From Candidatus Zixiibacteriota bacterium (lineage in GTDB: Bacteria > Zixibacteria > MSB-5A5 > GN15 > FEB-12), in contig JAJRQO010000006.1 in assembly GCA_024280215.1 (NCBI GenBank), positions 10,986 through 74,985 on the forward strand: 64,000 nt of DNA. The letters are read 5' to 3'. Below, piece by piece: positions 1 to 9,845 of this stretch. A program made the translations under genes and the position numbers. The notes below the pieces were generated by a model. That model did no database searches, was not told the origin of the DNA, and saw nothing but the letters and a program-made list of their open reading frames with translations. Positions within the stretch are counted from its first letter, which is position 1. The number at the start of each line of letters is the position of its first letter.

Positions 1-1
1 T

Positions 2-739
2 CTTCCATCTGAGTTAGTAGAGTCGGAATTATTTGGACATACCGTTGGTGCATTTACGGGTGCCTCCAAAGCTCGTAAAGGAAAATTTCTGGAAGCGAAC
101 AATGGTACTATATTTTTAGATGAAATCTCTGAAATGCCAATGGAAGCTCAAGCAAAAATTTTGCGAGCGATTGAAACCAAAACAATTGTTTCGGTTGGCT
201 CTGACAAAGAACAAAAAATAGAATGCAATATTGTGGCAGCATCTAATAAAGATTTATTGAAATTAGTTGCGAAAGGGAAATTTCGAGAGGATTTACTCTA
301 CCGTCTTAATGTAGTAAAGTTTGACGTACCAGCATTAAAAGAACGAAGAAGTGATATAGTTTTATTAGCGGAATATTTTTTACAACACTTTGCTCATGAA
401 ACAAAGACAATAACGAAAAAACTATCAAGTGAAGCAAAAGTCTATTTGGAAGCATTTGACTACCCCGGGAATATACGTGAGTTAAAAAATTTGATTGAAC
501 GGATAAATATTTATTGTGACAATGTATTGATTCAACAAGATGATATCAGAGAGCTTATGCCGTTTGTACCCAAAGTACAGTCGACAAATCTAAAAGATGC
601 GGTAGCATTATTTGAAAAACATCAGATAGAAGCGTCGATCAACCGCAATAATAAGAACATGTCTAAGACCGCTAAGGAGCTTGGTCTGGAACGTTCGCAT
701 CTTTATAAAAAAATGAAAAAGTTAGGTATTGATAGTTAG
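2..739 (+). CDS. sigma-54-dependent transcriptional activator (enhancer-binding protein), C-terminal part; the 5' end lies outside the window
   Basis: The frame is open from nt 2. The sequence [43 protein letters not shown] carries the GAFTGA loop and Walker B of the AAA+ sigma-54 interaction domain. The C-terminus has a Fis-type HTH ([25 protein letters not shown]). Confidence 0.9.
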   Translation, partial: LPSELVESELFGHTVGAFTGASKARKGKFLEANNGTIFLDEISEMPMEAQAKILRAIETKTIVSVGSDKEQKIECNIVAASNKDLLKLVAKGKFREDLLYRLNVVKFDVPALKERRSDIVLLAEYFLQHFAHETKTITKKLSSEAKVYLEAFDYPGNIRELKNLIERINIYCDNVLIQQDDIRELMPFVPKVQSTNLKDAVALFEKHQIEASINRNNKNMSKTAKELGLERSHLYKKMKKLGIDS

Positions 740-2388
740 CCTAAAAATTCGTTTTTTTCTATTTTATTTTTAATACGAACAATTGAGAATTTCCAAACAG
801 CATAATTGATAAGAAAAATTGTTGTCGTAATAAGTGACCAGCTAAGCACCCCACTAAATCCTATCGAATTCACAATTATAATTGGTATCAAGATAAGCGG
901 TACTGTCATCATCACGATGAATCCCTCCAAGGTAAATTTCCCTGCGGTTGCCATGTCTGCCGAGAACGGAACTCTTATACTAAACAGGGACATAATATTG
1001 ACAGCAAGCATTAGATTTGAAAAAACAAAAACCATATAGAGCGAGGCATGAAAGTAATTATCAAAATAATATCCATACATAAAAATCAATAAAACGGATA
1101 ATGGTAGTAAAAAGAGAAACATAATATTTTTCTTCGCTGCTAACATTATTTTAGTTTTATCACATGAGGTATAGAAAAAAACCGAAGATGCTTTCCAGCT
1201 TTTTGAATACTGAATCGCCATCATCAGCGTAAACGGTATAAATGACATCAGCATTGGCATAAAAATAGCTGTATCCTTTGATGTCTCAATGATATTAAAA
1301 GGGTCGACAATCGATTCGTTGTTTGTATAAGTCGCATATAAGCCATAAACAAATAGAGGTAAAATCGTAAGGAGTTGCATTTTAAAACGAGTATTATGTT
1401 TAAACTCTGACCAGAACAGTTTTAAAATAATTCGCTCTTCAATTGATGAAATTTTATTCCAGAGAAGTAAAATAAAAGTAGGTGTAAGAAATTTCTGCTT
1501 TTTCTTCTCGTTATCTATTTTCGCAAGTGACTCCGCATATGACAATGAAAGAAATGATGTTGAAATTTTGAACAAACCTAACAGAACTATAACAGCAACA
1601 ATAAAGTAACTGAAGACAACTGCGTCCCATCCATCTTGGATTAACAGATACCATGATGACAACGCATAGGCTGGTAAAAATTTTACCCAGAGAAGAGTTT
1701 CTGAACTACTTCCTTTAAAATACTCACCCAAGAGTTTTGGAATTATTTGCATGCCTAAATAAAATGAGGTCACAAAAGCAAATTGTAAATACAAAAGAAC
1801 ACGTTCTACTTTTCGTCGATTGATTATTTTCATCGCAAAGGTATAGAAATTCATGATGATAAATGCTGTAAAATAATTCACCAAAGCAAACTGGATTAAC
1901 ACAACAGGAAAAATAATAAAAGATTCAAAAACAAAGGCAGCAATTACCGCAGGAAAAAATGAAACAGACAATGATAGAATTGATACATAACTAAATAGAT
2001 GCATTAGTTTCGCTTGAAAATAAGTTTTAGAATTTACGGGAAGAGGGCTAATTACATGATAGTCATCTGGTGAAATGATAATATGGCTGTATTCAATTAA
2101 AAGTTGTATACCAATAATTATCATCCCCCCTGTTGAAGCGAGGACAAGCCCCAAGAAAAACGACGGTGCTATTCTAAACAGCATCGATAACATAAACGAG
2201 AAAAAGATATTTATAAACATGACCGCAACAATACCTGGGAATTTTCCTTTTTTTCCATGCATAGCGGTAAAGGGATTTGTGCTTCCCCGCCAATCAATTT
2301 TGAGAGCAGTTTTGTATAAAATTTTTCGTTGACGTTTGTCAACCTGTTGGCTGGATTCAGTCATTGCCATTATCCGTGATAAGGTCAA
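736..2388 (-). CDS. polytopic membrane protein, putative permease partner of the upstream ABC ATPase
   Basis: The 550-aa ORF is very hydrophobic with many predicted TM segments. It overlaps the stop of the ABC ATPase gene (2357..3133), implying the same operon. An alternative start at M7/M9 (2370/2364) shortens the overlap. Confidence 0.55.
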   Translation of the reverse strand: MTLSRIMAMTESSQQVDKRQRKILYKTALKIDWRGSTNPFTAMHGKKGKFPGIVAVMFINIFFSFMLSMLFRIAPSFFLGLVLASTGGMIIIGIQLLIEYSHIIISPDDYHVISPLPVNSKTYFQAKLMHLFSYVSILSLSVSFFPAVIAAFVFESFIIFPVVLIQFALVNYFTAFIIMNFYTFAMKIINRRKVERVLLYLQFAFVTSFYLGMQIIPKLLGEYFKGSSSETLLWVKFLPAYALSSWYLLIQDGWDAVVFSYFIVAVIVLLGLFKISTSFLSLSYAESLAKIDNEKKKQKFLTPTFILLLWNKISSIEERIILKLFWSEFKHNTRFKMQLLTILPLFVYGLYATYTNNESIVDPFNIIETSKDTAIFMPMLMSFIPFTLMMAIQYSKSWKASSVFFYTSCDKTKIMLAAKKNIMFLFLLPLSVLLIFMYGYYFDNYFHASLYMVFVFSNLMLAVNIMSLFSIRVPFSADMATAGKFTLEGFIVMMTVPLILIPIIIVNSIGFSGVLSWSLITTTIFLINYAVWKFSIVRIKNKIEKNEFLG

Positions 2389-3133
2389 CTATTTCTTTTG
2401 CCTTAGAGTCAACATCTTCTTGACCTGTCAACTCATTAAATGCTCTTTCTAAAGAATCAAATTTTGTAGATGAAATAATTTCATCAGGTGTACCAGCGAC
2501 AAGTTCTTTACCATTTTTTATTATGAGAATCCGTGTTGCAATTTTCTCAACTACATCTAAAATATGTGAACAGAATAAAATGGATTTACCCGATGCGACT
2601 TGTTCTTTGATAATCTCTTTGTAGACTGCAACCGAGTTGGCATCTAAACCAGAAAATGGTTCATCGAAGATAAGAAGTTTTGGATTGTGAATCATCGATG
2701 TTATTAAGAGTAGCTTTTGCTTCATCCCTTTTGAGTACTCCCGAATCAACTGATCTTTTGCGTTACCCATTTCAAGAAGGGAAAAAAGTTTTGATGCTTT
2801 TTTGGTTAACAGGTCATCTGTCAAATCATATAAATTCCCTACAAATGTTACATATTCAAGCCCTGTTAAATTTTCATAGACGACAGCTTGCTCGGGAACA
2901 TATCCAATATTTTTTTTATACTCATTCATCTTGGGTGTAATTGTTTGACCTAAAAATTCAATTGAACCGCTATCAGGTTTGAGCATACTGAGAATCATTT
3001 TAATCGTTGTTGTTTTACCTGAACCATTTGGACCAAGCAATGCGAAAACCTCTCCCTGTTTAATTTCAAAGGATAAACCATTGACTGCTTTTACTTTTTC
3101 AAATGAGCGTGATAGATTATTAATTTTTAACAT
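2357..3133 (-). CDS. ABC transporter ATP-binding protein
   Basis: Walker A GPNGSGKTT, ABC signature YSKGMKQKL and Walker B LLIFDEPFSGLD are all present. Confidence 0.9.
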   Translation of the reverse strand: MLKINNLSRSFEKVKAVNGLSFEIKQGEVFALLGPNGSGKTTTIKMILSMLKPDSGSIEFLGQTITPKMNEYKKNIGYVPEQAVVYENLTGLEYVTFVGNLYDLTDDLLTKKASKLFSLLEMGNAKDQLIREYSKGMKQKLLLITSMIHNPKLLIFDEPFSGLDANSVAVYKEIIKEQVASGKSILFCSHILDVVEKIATRILIIKNGKELVAGTPDEIISSTKFDSLERAFNELTGQEDVDSKAKEIVDLITDNGND

Positions 3134-3252
3134 ATATGACTCCCAATTTTATTCTTAAAAGTAAAAATAATATACTATAGTAGTTCTTTTTATTCAAGTA
3201 ATTTTCTCATTGAAGTACTTGCAAAAATAATTGATTTTAGTATTTTTCAAAT

Positions 3253-4380
3253 ATGAAAGATTATAACAAATTACATCATGATGCGATAGTTGCCGACTTA
3301 CATTGTGATTCGATACATCAGATAAAACGTGGCTACGATTTTTTTAAACGTAACAATAATTATCATATTGACCTCCCAAGAATGAACGACGGTGGAATCA
3401 ATCTTCAGTTTTTTGCACTCTTTTTAGATTCAGCGATACCAGAAGACGAACGTTTGTTACACATAGACAATTTGCTCGCAATTTTAAAAAAGAGTTTCAC
3501 AAACAGAGATGAAATAATACTTTGTAGTTCTTCCAAAGAAATCAATCAAGCATTCAAAGATAACAAAGTTGCTGCTTTAGCAGCGATTGAAAATGGGATG
3601 GCGATTGAGAGTTCTTTAGACAACTTGGAACATTTTGCAACGAATGATGTCATGTATATGACATTGACCCACGCCAAGTCGCATGATTGGTGTACAAGCT
3701 CAAGTGATGGTATGGCTGAGCGGTTCGGCCTGACAAATTTTGGTGTTGACGTAATTAAGAAGATGAATGATTTACATATGATTGTCGATGTTTCTCATAT
3801 ATCCGTCAAAGCATTTAATGATGTCATCACTCATACATCACAACCAATAATTGCATCGCATTCTAATGCTCATGCATTGTGCTCGCATGACAGAAACCTC
3901 AACGACGAACAGCTTAAAAAATTGGCTGACAATGGTGGCATAGTCGGAATGAATTTCTGTCCAATTTTTTTATCGAATGCGTACTGCGATGCGGCGATGA
4001 ATTTCCTAAAAGAAAATTCTGAAGAATACAAAAAAGTGAATCTTCCATTTTCTTCAGAAACAAACGAAGAGAACTATCAGAAAACTTTAGAGAAATTCAA
4101 ACCATTTTATGACCGATGGAAAAAAGTAGTCGAACCATATGCGGTGACCATCGAAACGGTCTGCGACCATATTGATTATATCAAGAACTTAATTGGTATC
4201 GACCATATTGCTCTCGGTTCTGATTTTGACGGCATCCTCGAGACGCCAATTGGTCTTGAAGATATTTCCAAAATGCCGCTGATAACAAAAGAGTTATTAC
4301 GTCGAAATTATACAGAAAATGAGATAGAAAAAATTCTTGGAATGAACTTTTTGCGGTTGTTTGAAGAAGTCGTTGGTTAG
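3253..4380 (+). CDS. membrane dipeptidase (peptidase M19 family)
   Basis: Motifs DLHCDS, SHSNAHALCSHDRNLNDEQL and ALGSDFDG match the renal-dipeptidase fold metal ligands. Confidence 0.75.
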   Translation: MKDYNKLHHDAIVADLHCDSIHQIKRGYDFFKRNNNYHIDLPRMNDGGINLQFFALFLDSAIPEDERLLHIDNLLAILKKSFTNRDEIILCSSSKEINQAFKDNKVAALAAIENGMAIESSLDNLEHFATNDVMYMTLTHAKSHDWCTSSSDGMAERFGLTNFGVDVIKKMNDLHMIVDVSHISVKAFNDVITHTSQPIIASHSNAHALCSHDRNLNDEQLKKLADNGGIVGMNFCPIFLSNAYCDAAMNFLKENSEEYKKVNLPFSSETNEENYQKTLEKFKPFYDRWKKVVEPYAVTIETVCDHIDYIKNLIGIDHIALGSDFDGILETPIGLEDISKMPLITKELLRRNYTENEIEKILGMNFLRLFEEVVG

Positions 4381-4551
4381 TTTTGACTAAGGTCAACAAA
4401 ATGGGTAAAAAAGAACCACTTTTGATAAAAAATTCTCTTTGAAATGAACATTTATTTCGTATACATGTTACAAGTTAGAAGTCAGATTTTTAAATCTTTA
4501 GAGGTCTGAATGAATGAATTTTGAGTTTGATAATATAAAGGATTAAATAAG

Positions 4552-5703
4552 ATGGCAAACACATCACCTTTTGATAAGCCAGCTAAGCCAGGTCTTGCTG
4601 GAGTAAAAAATATAATTGCGGTCGCATCTGGTAAAGGTGGAGTCGGCAAATCAACAGTTTCGGCCAATCTTGCAGTTGCATTAGCCCAAACTGGGCACAA
4701 AGTTGGATTGATGGATGCTGATATTTATGGACCATCACAACCAGGGATGCTTGGTGCTGAGAAAAAACAACCTGAAGTTGTCAATGATATGCTCATACCA
4801 ATGCATAATCATGGTGTTGATTTTATCTCTATGGGACTTTTAGTTGGTGATGATACACCTGTAATATGGCGGGCTCCGATGGCTATGAAAATGATTCAGC
4901 AATTTATAAACTCCGTTATGTGGGGTGAGCTGGATTATCTCCTGATAGATCTTCCTCCTGGTACTGGTGATGTACAGTTGACGCTCGCTCAACAGGCTTC
5001 ATTGACGGGGGCGGTTATTGTCACAACTCCTCAACAAGTTGCTTTGGGTATTGCCAAAAAAGGTCTCAAGATGTTTGAGCAAGTCAAGGTTCCTATTGTA
5101 GGTATTATTGAGAATATGAGTGGCTTCACTTGTAATCATTGTGGCGAGATGACTGAAGTGTTTAAAGGTGGTGGTGGAAAAACGATGTCTAATAGTATGG
5201 ATATTCCATTTCTGGGTTCGCTTCCATTAGACCCAGAAATTATGATGGCTGGTGACAACGGTAAACCTGTCTTGACAAATAGTACAGATTCACCTGCTGC
5301 GAAAGCATTGCTTGCTCTTGCTGATAACTTTAAAAAATCCATTGATGAAAACTTAGCAAAGATTTTATCAATTGAACCAACAAAAATAGATTCTACAACG
5401 GATGGTAAACTGGCAATTGTATGGCCGGATAACCATGAGGCGATTTATTCTCCATACAACTTACGTCTCAATTGTGCATGTGCCGCTTGTGTTGATGAAG
5501 ATACTGGACGGAAGATTTTAGATGAAGGGGCAGTACCTCTTGACATTACGGTGAAGTCAATTAATAAAGTAGGACGGTATGGGTTGTCGATTGGTTATTC
5601 TGATGGACATAACACTGGTATATATATATATGAAAAACTCCGTTCTCTTTGTGAATGCTCAATCTGTATTAGTGAGAAAAAAGAAGGTACATTTTCGATT
5701 TAA
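4552..5703 (+). CDS. mrp: Mrp/ApbC/NBP35-family Fe-S cluster carrier ATPase fused to a C-terminal DUF971-like domain
   Basis: Deviant Walker [13 protein letters not shown] and a CxxC motif (FTCNHCGE). The C-terminal ~90 aa ([30 protein letters not shown]...[10 protein letters not shown]) resembles DUF971. Confidence 0.85.
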   Translation: MANTSPFDKPAKPGLAGVKNIIAVASGKGGVGKSTVSANLAVALAQTGHKVGLMDADIYGPSQPGMLGAEKKQPEVVNDMLIPMHNHGVDFISMGLLVGDDTPVIWRAPMAMKMIQQFINSVMWGELDYLLIDLPPGTGDVQLTLAQQASLTGAVIVTTPQQVALGIAKKGLKMFEQVKVPIVGIIENMSGFTCNHCGEMTEVFKGGGGKTMSNSMDIPFLGSLPLDPEIMMAGDNGKPVLTNSTDSPAAKALLALADNFKKSIDENLAKILSIEPTKIDSTTDGKLAIVWPDNHEAIYSPYNLRLNCACAACVDEDTGRKILDEGAVPLDITVKSINKVGRYGLSIGYSDGHNTGIYIYEKLRSLCECSICISEKKEGTFSI

Positions 5704-5718
5704 ATAAAGGATAGAATT

Positions 5719-6309
5719 ATGAATGACCAAAATAAAATAAATATTTCAGGTGAACCAACTTTAGATCCACAGGTCTGTAAATTTATCGTTGACCATATGC
5801 TTTTTGAAAATAAAACATGCACATGCCGTTCAAAAGATATGGCAGCAGGCTCTCCATTGCTTGAAGCATTGTTTGCTATTGATGGAATCTCGCAAGTAAT
5901 GGTTTCAGGCTCAACTTTGACAATCGCAAAATCTGGTGCTGACCAATGGCAAGAACTTGGGGCGCAAATCGGAAAAGCAATCCGTGATACAATTCATGCT
6001 GGCGGGACGCTTGTTGCGGATAATGCCGAGACAATGAAACCATCTGAGGAAGATATTCGCAATAAAGTTGAAGAACTTTTTGAAAAAGAGATCAATCCGC
6101 AAATCGCGTCTCACGGTGGCTTTGTGGAACTTGCTTATATCGAGGATACCAAAGTGTTTGTTCGCTTGGGTGGCGGTTGCCAAGGCTGTTCATCATCAAA
6201 TGCTACACTTAAACAAGGTATCGCAAAAGCGATTCAACAGCTTATCCCAGAAGTAACAGAAGTCATTGATGCGACCGATCATGCGGCTGGTTTAAATCCG
6301 TACTATTAG
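5719..6309 (+). CDS. Nfu/NifU-like Fe-S cluster scaffold/carrier protein
   Basis: An N-terminal Nfu_N-like region and a C-terminal NifU domain with GGCQGCSSS (CxxC). The gene starts 15 nt downstream of the Mrp gene. Confidence 0.8.
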   Translation: MNDQNKINISGEPTLDPQVCKFIVDHMLFENKTCTCRSKDMAAGSPLLEALFAIDGISQVMVSGSTLTIAKSGADQWQELGAQIGKAIRDTIHAGGTLVADNAETMKPSEEDIRNKVEELFEKEINPQIASHGGFVELAYIEDTKVFVRLGGGCQGCSSSNATLKQGIAKAIQQLIPEVTEVIDATDHAAGLNPYY

Positions 6310-6331
6310 TCTGAATTAATATATGAATTTC

Positions 6332-6366
6332 AAACGGACATTTCTCTGAAATGCCCGTTTTTTTTA
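6332..6366 (+). terminator. rho-independent terminator after the nfu-like gene
   Basis: The stem aaacggacatttc / gaaatgcccgttt has 13 bp with one mismatch and a 3-nt loop. It is followed by a T-run. Confidence 0.8.
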
Positions 6367-6500
6367 ACAAATTATTTCTTGCATAAATAGATTTTAATTG
6401 TATATTTTGTTCATTATAGAGAATAACAATCCATTTACTACACTTATTCTCACTATTACGAAAAATTGAATCGAACAAATAAAGCATGTGGAGTAGGTTT

Positions 6501-7292
6501 ATGAAACAGAAGTACTTTGGTATAACTTTATGCCTAATCATTTTTACCGCTGGAATTGTAGCAGCATTTTCATCTGGTCCACCAGATGGTCGAACAGACG
6601 CACCTGGGCAAAGCAACTGTACTGTTGGTTGTCACTCATCATTTCCACTTAATTCAGGAAACGGCATTATAACAGTAACCGCCGCATTAAGTTATTCTCC
6701 AAATGATGTGATACCTATAACGGTCAATATTTCTCAAATGGGGCAATCGAGGTGGGGATTTGAAGCTACCATGCTTGACTTGAGTGGTAATCCAGTAGGA
6801 ACTTTTACAAATACAACTACTCGAACTCAAACCTCAACAACTTTAGGTATTCAATATATCAAACATACATCAACTGGTACAGATGCAGGGGTTGCAAATG
6901 CTTCTCTCGGTTGGCAGTTTACATGGACCGCTCCTGCTGTAAGTGCAGGGCATGTAAAACTGTATATAGCAGCGAATGCCGCTAATAATAATGGACTTAA
7001 TTCAGGTGATTTTATTTATACTGACGCTCTCATCATTGATGAAGCACCAGCAAGTTGTTGTATAGCAGATCGAGGGAATGTTGACGGAGGACCTGACAAT
7101 GGTACTTTGGCTGGTTCTATTGATATAGCCGACTTAGTCTACTTGGTTGCCTTTATGTTCCAGGGTGGAGCCCCACCACCATGTATTGAAGAAGCAAATA
7201 TCGATGGCTTGGGTGTTATTGATATTTCGGATTTGGTTGCTTTGGTTGGCTTTATGTTCCAAAACGGCCCTCCTCCTGCTCCATGTCTATAA
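6501..7292 (+). CDS. secreted protein: Reeler-like N-terminal domain with a CX3CH motif plus a C-terminal Cys-bracketed dockerin-like module
   Basis: The ATG at 6501 is preceded by GGAG, and there is a signal peptide (MKQKYFGITLCLIIFTAGIVAA). N-terminal motifs are SSGPPDGRTDAPGQSNCTVGCHS and WQFTWTAP...LYIAANAANNNG. The C-terminus (7056..7289) has two repeats of the form xDG..IDI(A/S)DLVxLVxFMFQxG..PxC. Confidence 0.7.
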   Translation: MKQKYFGITLCLIIFTAGIVAAFSSGPPDGRTDAPGQSNCTVGCHSSFPLNSGNGIITVTAALSYSPNDVIPITVNISQMGQSRWGFEATMLDLSGNPVGTFTNTTTRTQTSTTLGIQYIKHTSTGTDAGVANASLGWQFTWTAPAVSAGHVKLYIAANAANNNGLNSGDFIYTDALIIDEAPASCCIADRGNVDGGPDNGTLAGSIDIADLVYLVAFMFQGGAPPPCIEEANIDGLGVIDISDLVALVGFMFQNGPPPAPCL

Positions 7293-7317
7293 TTCGTCCA
7301 AGAAAATAACAACAATA

Positions 7318-7350
7318 ATAGCTGAATTAATACAATTCAGCTATTATTTT
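7318..7350 (+). terminator. rho-independent terminator
   Basis: An 11-bp stem atagctgaatt / aattcagctat with a 6-nt loop, followed by a T-rich tail (tatttt). Confidence 0.6.
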
Positions 7351-7456
7351 GAATTTGACAATATGATTTTTTCTCTTATATTTCCAATTACACTTCTGCT
7401 CAAAAGAGTATATACTACATTAAGTAAAAATATTTTTAACGATAATGGGACATTAC

Positions 7457-9715
7457 ATGAAAACATCAAACAAATATCTTATTGGAATAATTGTATTTAT
7501 TCTATTTACTCCTCTGATGTCATTTGCACAACTTTCAAAAAGTAGCACACCAAAAAGTTTTACACAAAACCTCAATTTGACTGTACCCACCTTTTCAACT
7601 GGAACGGTAGATGTGCAACAATTGCTTATAGAAGATGACGCAGTGGAAAAACAGGGAGTACCTCAACGGTTTGGGTTTCCATTTGATGTAAATCTCAATC
7701 TTAACAATTCAGGTAGCTGGCAAAATTTTCCAGATGGAAGTAGAATCTGGACTTTATCAATTGTATCAACTGATGCTAAGTCGATAAATTTGCTCTATGA
7801 TAATTTTTGGCTTCCTGAGGGAGCAGAATTATTTATTTATAATAAAGATAGATCAATGGTCATCGGTGCCTTTACATCAAAAAACAATAAAGCACATAGA
7901 AAATTTGCTACTGCTCCTGTTCAGGGTGATGAAATCATATTAGAACTCAACCTTTCACCTGAAGTAACCTATCCAGGTGAAATTTCAATCTCACGAGTGG
8001 TTCATGCGTATAGAAATATTTTTGATAAAATGGATAAAAATTTTGGAGGCTCAGGCTCTTGTAATAATAATGTAAATTGTCCTGAAGGAGCCCCTTGGCA
8101 AGATGAAATTAACTCAGTCGCAATGATAATATTGGGCGATGGATTCAGATGGTGTTCGGGCTCAATGATTAACAATGTCAGACAGGATTTAACCCCATAC
8201 TTTCTTACAGCTGACCATTGTCTAAACAGTCCAGAGACATTTATATTTATGTTTAATTATCAATCCCCGACTTGTACGAATATTGATGGACCAACGACAA
8301 TGACAATTCAAGGGTCGACACTGTTGGCAAATAATGGCTTTTCAGACTTTGCATTATTGCTCTTAGATGAAACTCCTCCTGATTCGTTTAATATTTTTTA
8401 CTCAGGTTGGTCAAATATAAATACCTCCGCAACAACATCGGTTGGTATTCATCATCCTGCTGGAGATATAAAGAAAATATCGTTTAATAACAATCCTATT
8501 TCTTCAACCAGTTACTACTCTACCTCATCAGGTGATAATTCTCATTGGCGAGTTGATAATTGGGAAGATGGCACCACCGAAGGTGGTTCATCAGGTTCAC
8601 CTCTCTTTGACCAAAACCATCGCATCATCGGACAACTCCATGGAGGAAATGCTTCATGTGGTTCGATTACTGATGATTGGTATGGAAAATTTGCTGCCTC
8701 TTGGGACGGTACTGCATCATCTAGTCGCCTACGTGACTGGCTTGACCCTGACAACACAGGTGCTACCACCATGGATGGAATTGACGCTAATGGTCTAACT
8801 TTCAGCGCCGATACAATTGTCGGTTGGATTCCTATGGATGTACAATTTACAGCATCATCAATTACCCCTGTCGACACATGGGCATGGGATTTTGGTGATG
8901 GTTTTGTTGACTCTGTACAGAATCCATTTCATTCTTACAATTCTCCAGGTGCTTATGACGTCAGACTTGATGTCAGCTCTGGAGGTGTACCAAGTTTTAG
9001 ATTAAAAAATAACTTCATCATAGCCTTAGCTGATACTTTAGTAGAAACCGATATCGAAAGCACTCCAGCAACTCAAATTATTGTTACAGTAAACGCCACC
9101 AATAATATACCTTTGGATAAAATCATTATCCCTATCGAATATGCGGGAAATTTAGGGCTTACATTTGATTCAATGTCGATTATTGGTTGTCGTACTGATA
9201 ATTTTGAAGTCGTTGATTTTATTCATTTTGATACTTGGTTTAGCAGAATGGTTGTTCGGGTTCAGGCTTCAATTGCAAATTCTTCTATTGAACTCCCTGT
9301 TGGTTCGGGACCAATTCTAAAATTATATTTTAATATTGATGGAGCTGCTCAACCATCGGATACAACAACTTTGCTAATGGATGGTTACACTTCTGGCTCT
9401 AACACATATCTTCCAACATTTTCTGGAACACTTTTGGAATATCAACCTGAGATTCATTCAGGTGTTATATCAATAGTCTCCTCTTGTTGTGTAGGAATTA
9501 CTGGCAATGTTGATAATGACCCGTTAGATAATATCGATATTTCAGATTTAGTTACATTAGTCGCATATATGTTCCAAAGTGGGACTGCACCAGATTGTAT
9601 CGAAGAAGCAAATATCGATGGGTCAACTGTCGAACCACTAATTGATATTTCTGATTTAGTCATTTTAGTTGCTTATATGTTCCAGTCAGGTAGTGCACCA
9701 TCAAGTTGTCCATAA
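7457..9715 (+). CDS. secreted multidomain serine endopeptidase (S1, lysyl-endopeptidase-like) with PKD-like, cohesin-like and dockerin-like modules
   Basis: Signal peptide MKTSNKYLIGIIVFILFTPLMSFAQ. The catalytic His lies in LTADHC and the catalytic Ser in GGSSGSPLFD. There is a PKD-like WAWDFGDG motif. A cohesin-like beta-sandwich segment runs VTVNATNNIPLDKIIIPIEYAGNLGLTFDS...GPILKLYFNI. The C-terminal CC...C dockerin-like module is at 9485..9712. The ORF also allows a start at 7445. Confidence 0.8.
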   Translation: MKTSNKYLIGIIVFILFTPLMSFAQLSKSSTPKSFTQNLNLTVPTFSTGTVDVQQLLIEDDAVEKQGVPQRFGFPFDVNLNLNNSGSWQNFPDGSRIWTLSIVSTDAKSINLLYDNFWLPEGAELFIYNKDRSMVIGAFTSKNNKAHRKFATAPVQGDEIILELNLSPEVTYPGEISISRVVHAYRNIFDKMDKNFGGSGSCNNNVNCPEGAPWQDEINSVAMIILGDGFRWCSGSMINNVRQDLTPYFLTADHCLNSPETFIFMFNYQSPTCTNIDGPTTMTIQGSTLLANNGFSDFALLLLDETPPDSFNIFYSGWSNINTSATTSVGIHHPAGDIKKISFNNNPISSTSYYSTSSGDNSHWRVDNWEDGTTEGGSSGSPLFDQNHRIIGQLHGGNASCGSITDDWYGKFAASWDGTASSSRLRDWLDPDNTGATTMDGIDANGLTFSADTIVGWIPMDVQFTASSITPVDTWAWDFGDGFVDSVQNPFHSYNSPGAYDVRLDVSSGGVPSFRLKNNFIIALADTLVETDIESTPATQIIVTVNATNNIPLDKIIIPIEYAGNLGLTFDSMSIIGCRTDNFEVVDFIHFDTWFSRMVVRVQASIANSSIELPVGSGPILKLYFNIDGAAQPSDTTTLLMDGYTSGSNTYLPTFSGTLLEYQPEIHSGVISIVSSCCVGITGNVDNDPLDNIDISDLVTLVAYMFQSGTAPDCIEEANIDGSTVEPLIDISDLVILVAYMFQSGSAPSSCP

Positions 9716-9736
9716 AAACATATTAAGAAATTATTC

Positions 9737-9767
9737 AAGCTGAATTCTTTTGAGTTCAGCTTTTTTT
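9737..9767 (+). terminator. rho-independent terminator
   Basis: The stem aagctgaa / ttcagctt is followed by seven T residues. Confidence 0.75.
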
Positions 9768-9845
9768 ATGTAAATTTTAAGCTGACTTTCCGACAATATA
9801 AGAGTAAACTAAAATAAATAAATTTTCAAAAGAGACAAATATCAA

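Noticed and set aside
806-2332. Plus-strand ORFs 806..1039 and 2075..2332 inside the minus-strand permease gene. Similar antisense or shadow ORFs occur throughout the track, for example 2680..2940, 5136..5342, 8532..8877, 14426..14688, 16024..16579, 25212..26343, 50035..52290 and 60190..60540.
   Set aside because: Each lies entirely within, and antisense to or out of frame with, a much longer ORF that has clear family motifs. Their translations are low-complexity or hydrophobic mirror products with no motifs or RBS.
7147-7545. A 132-aa plus-strand ORF spanning the 3' end of the first dockerin-bearing gene, its terminator, and the start of the protease gene.
   Set aside because: It runs out of frame through a well-supported CDS and straight across a terminator hairpin. 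The sequence is an AT-rich read-through artefact.
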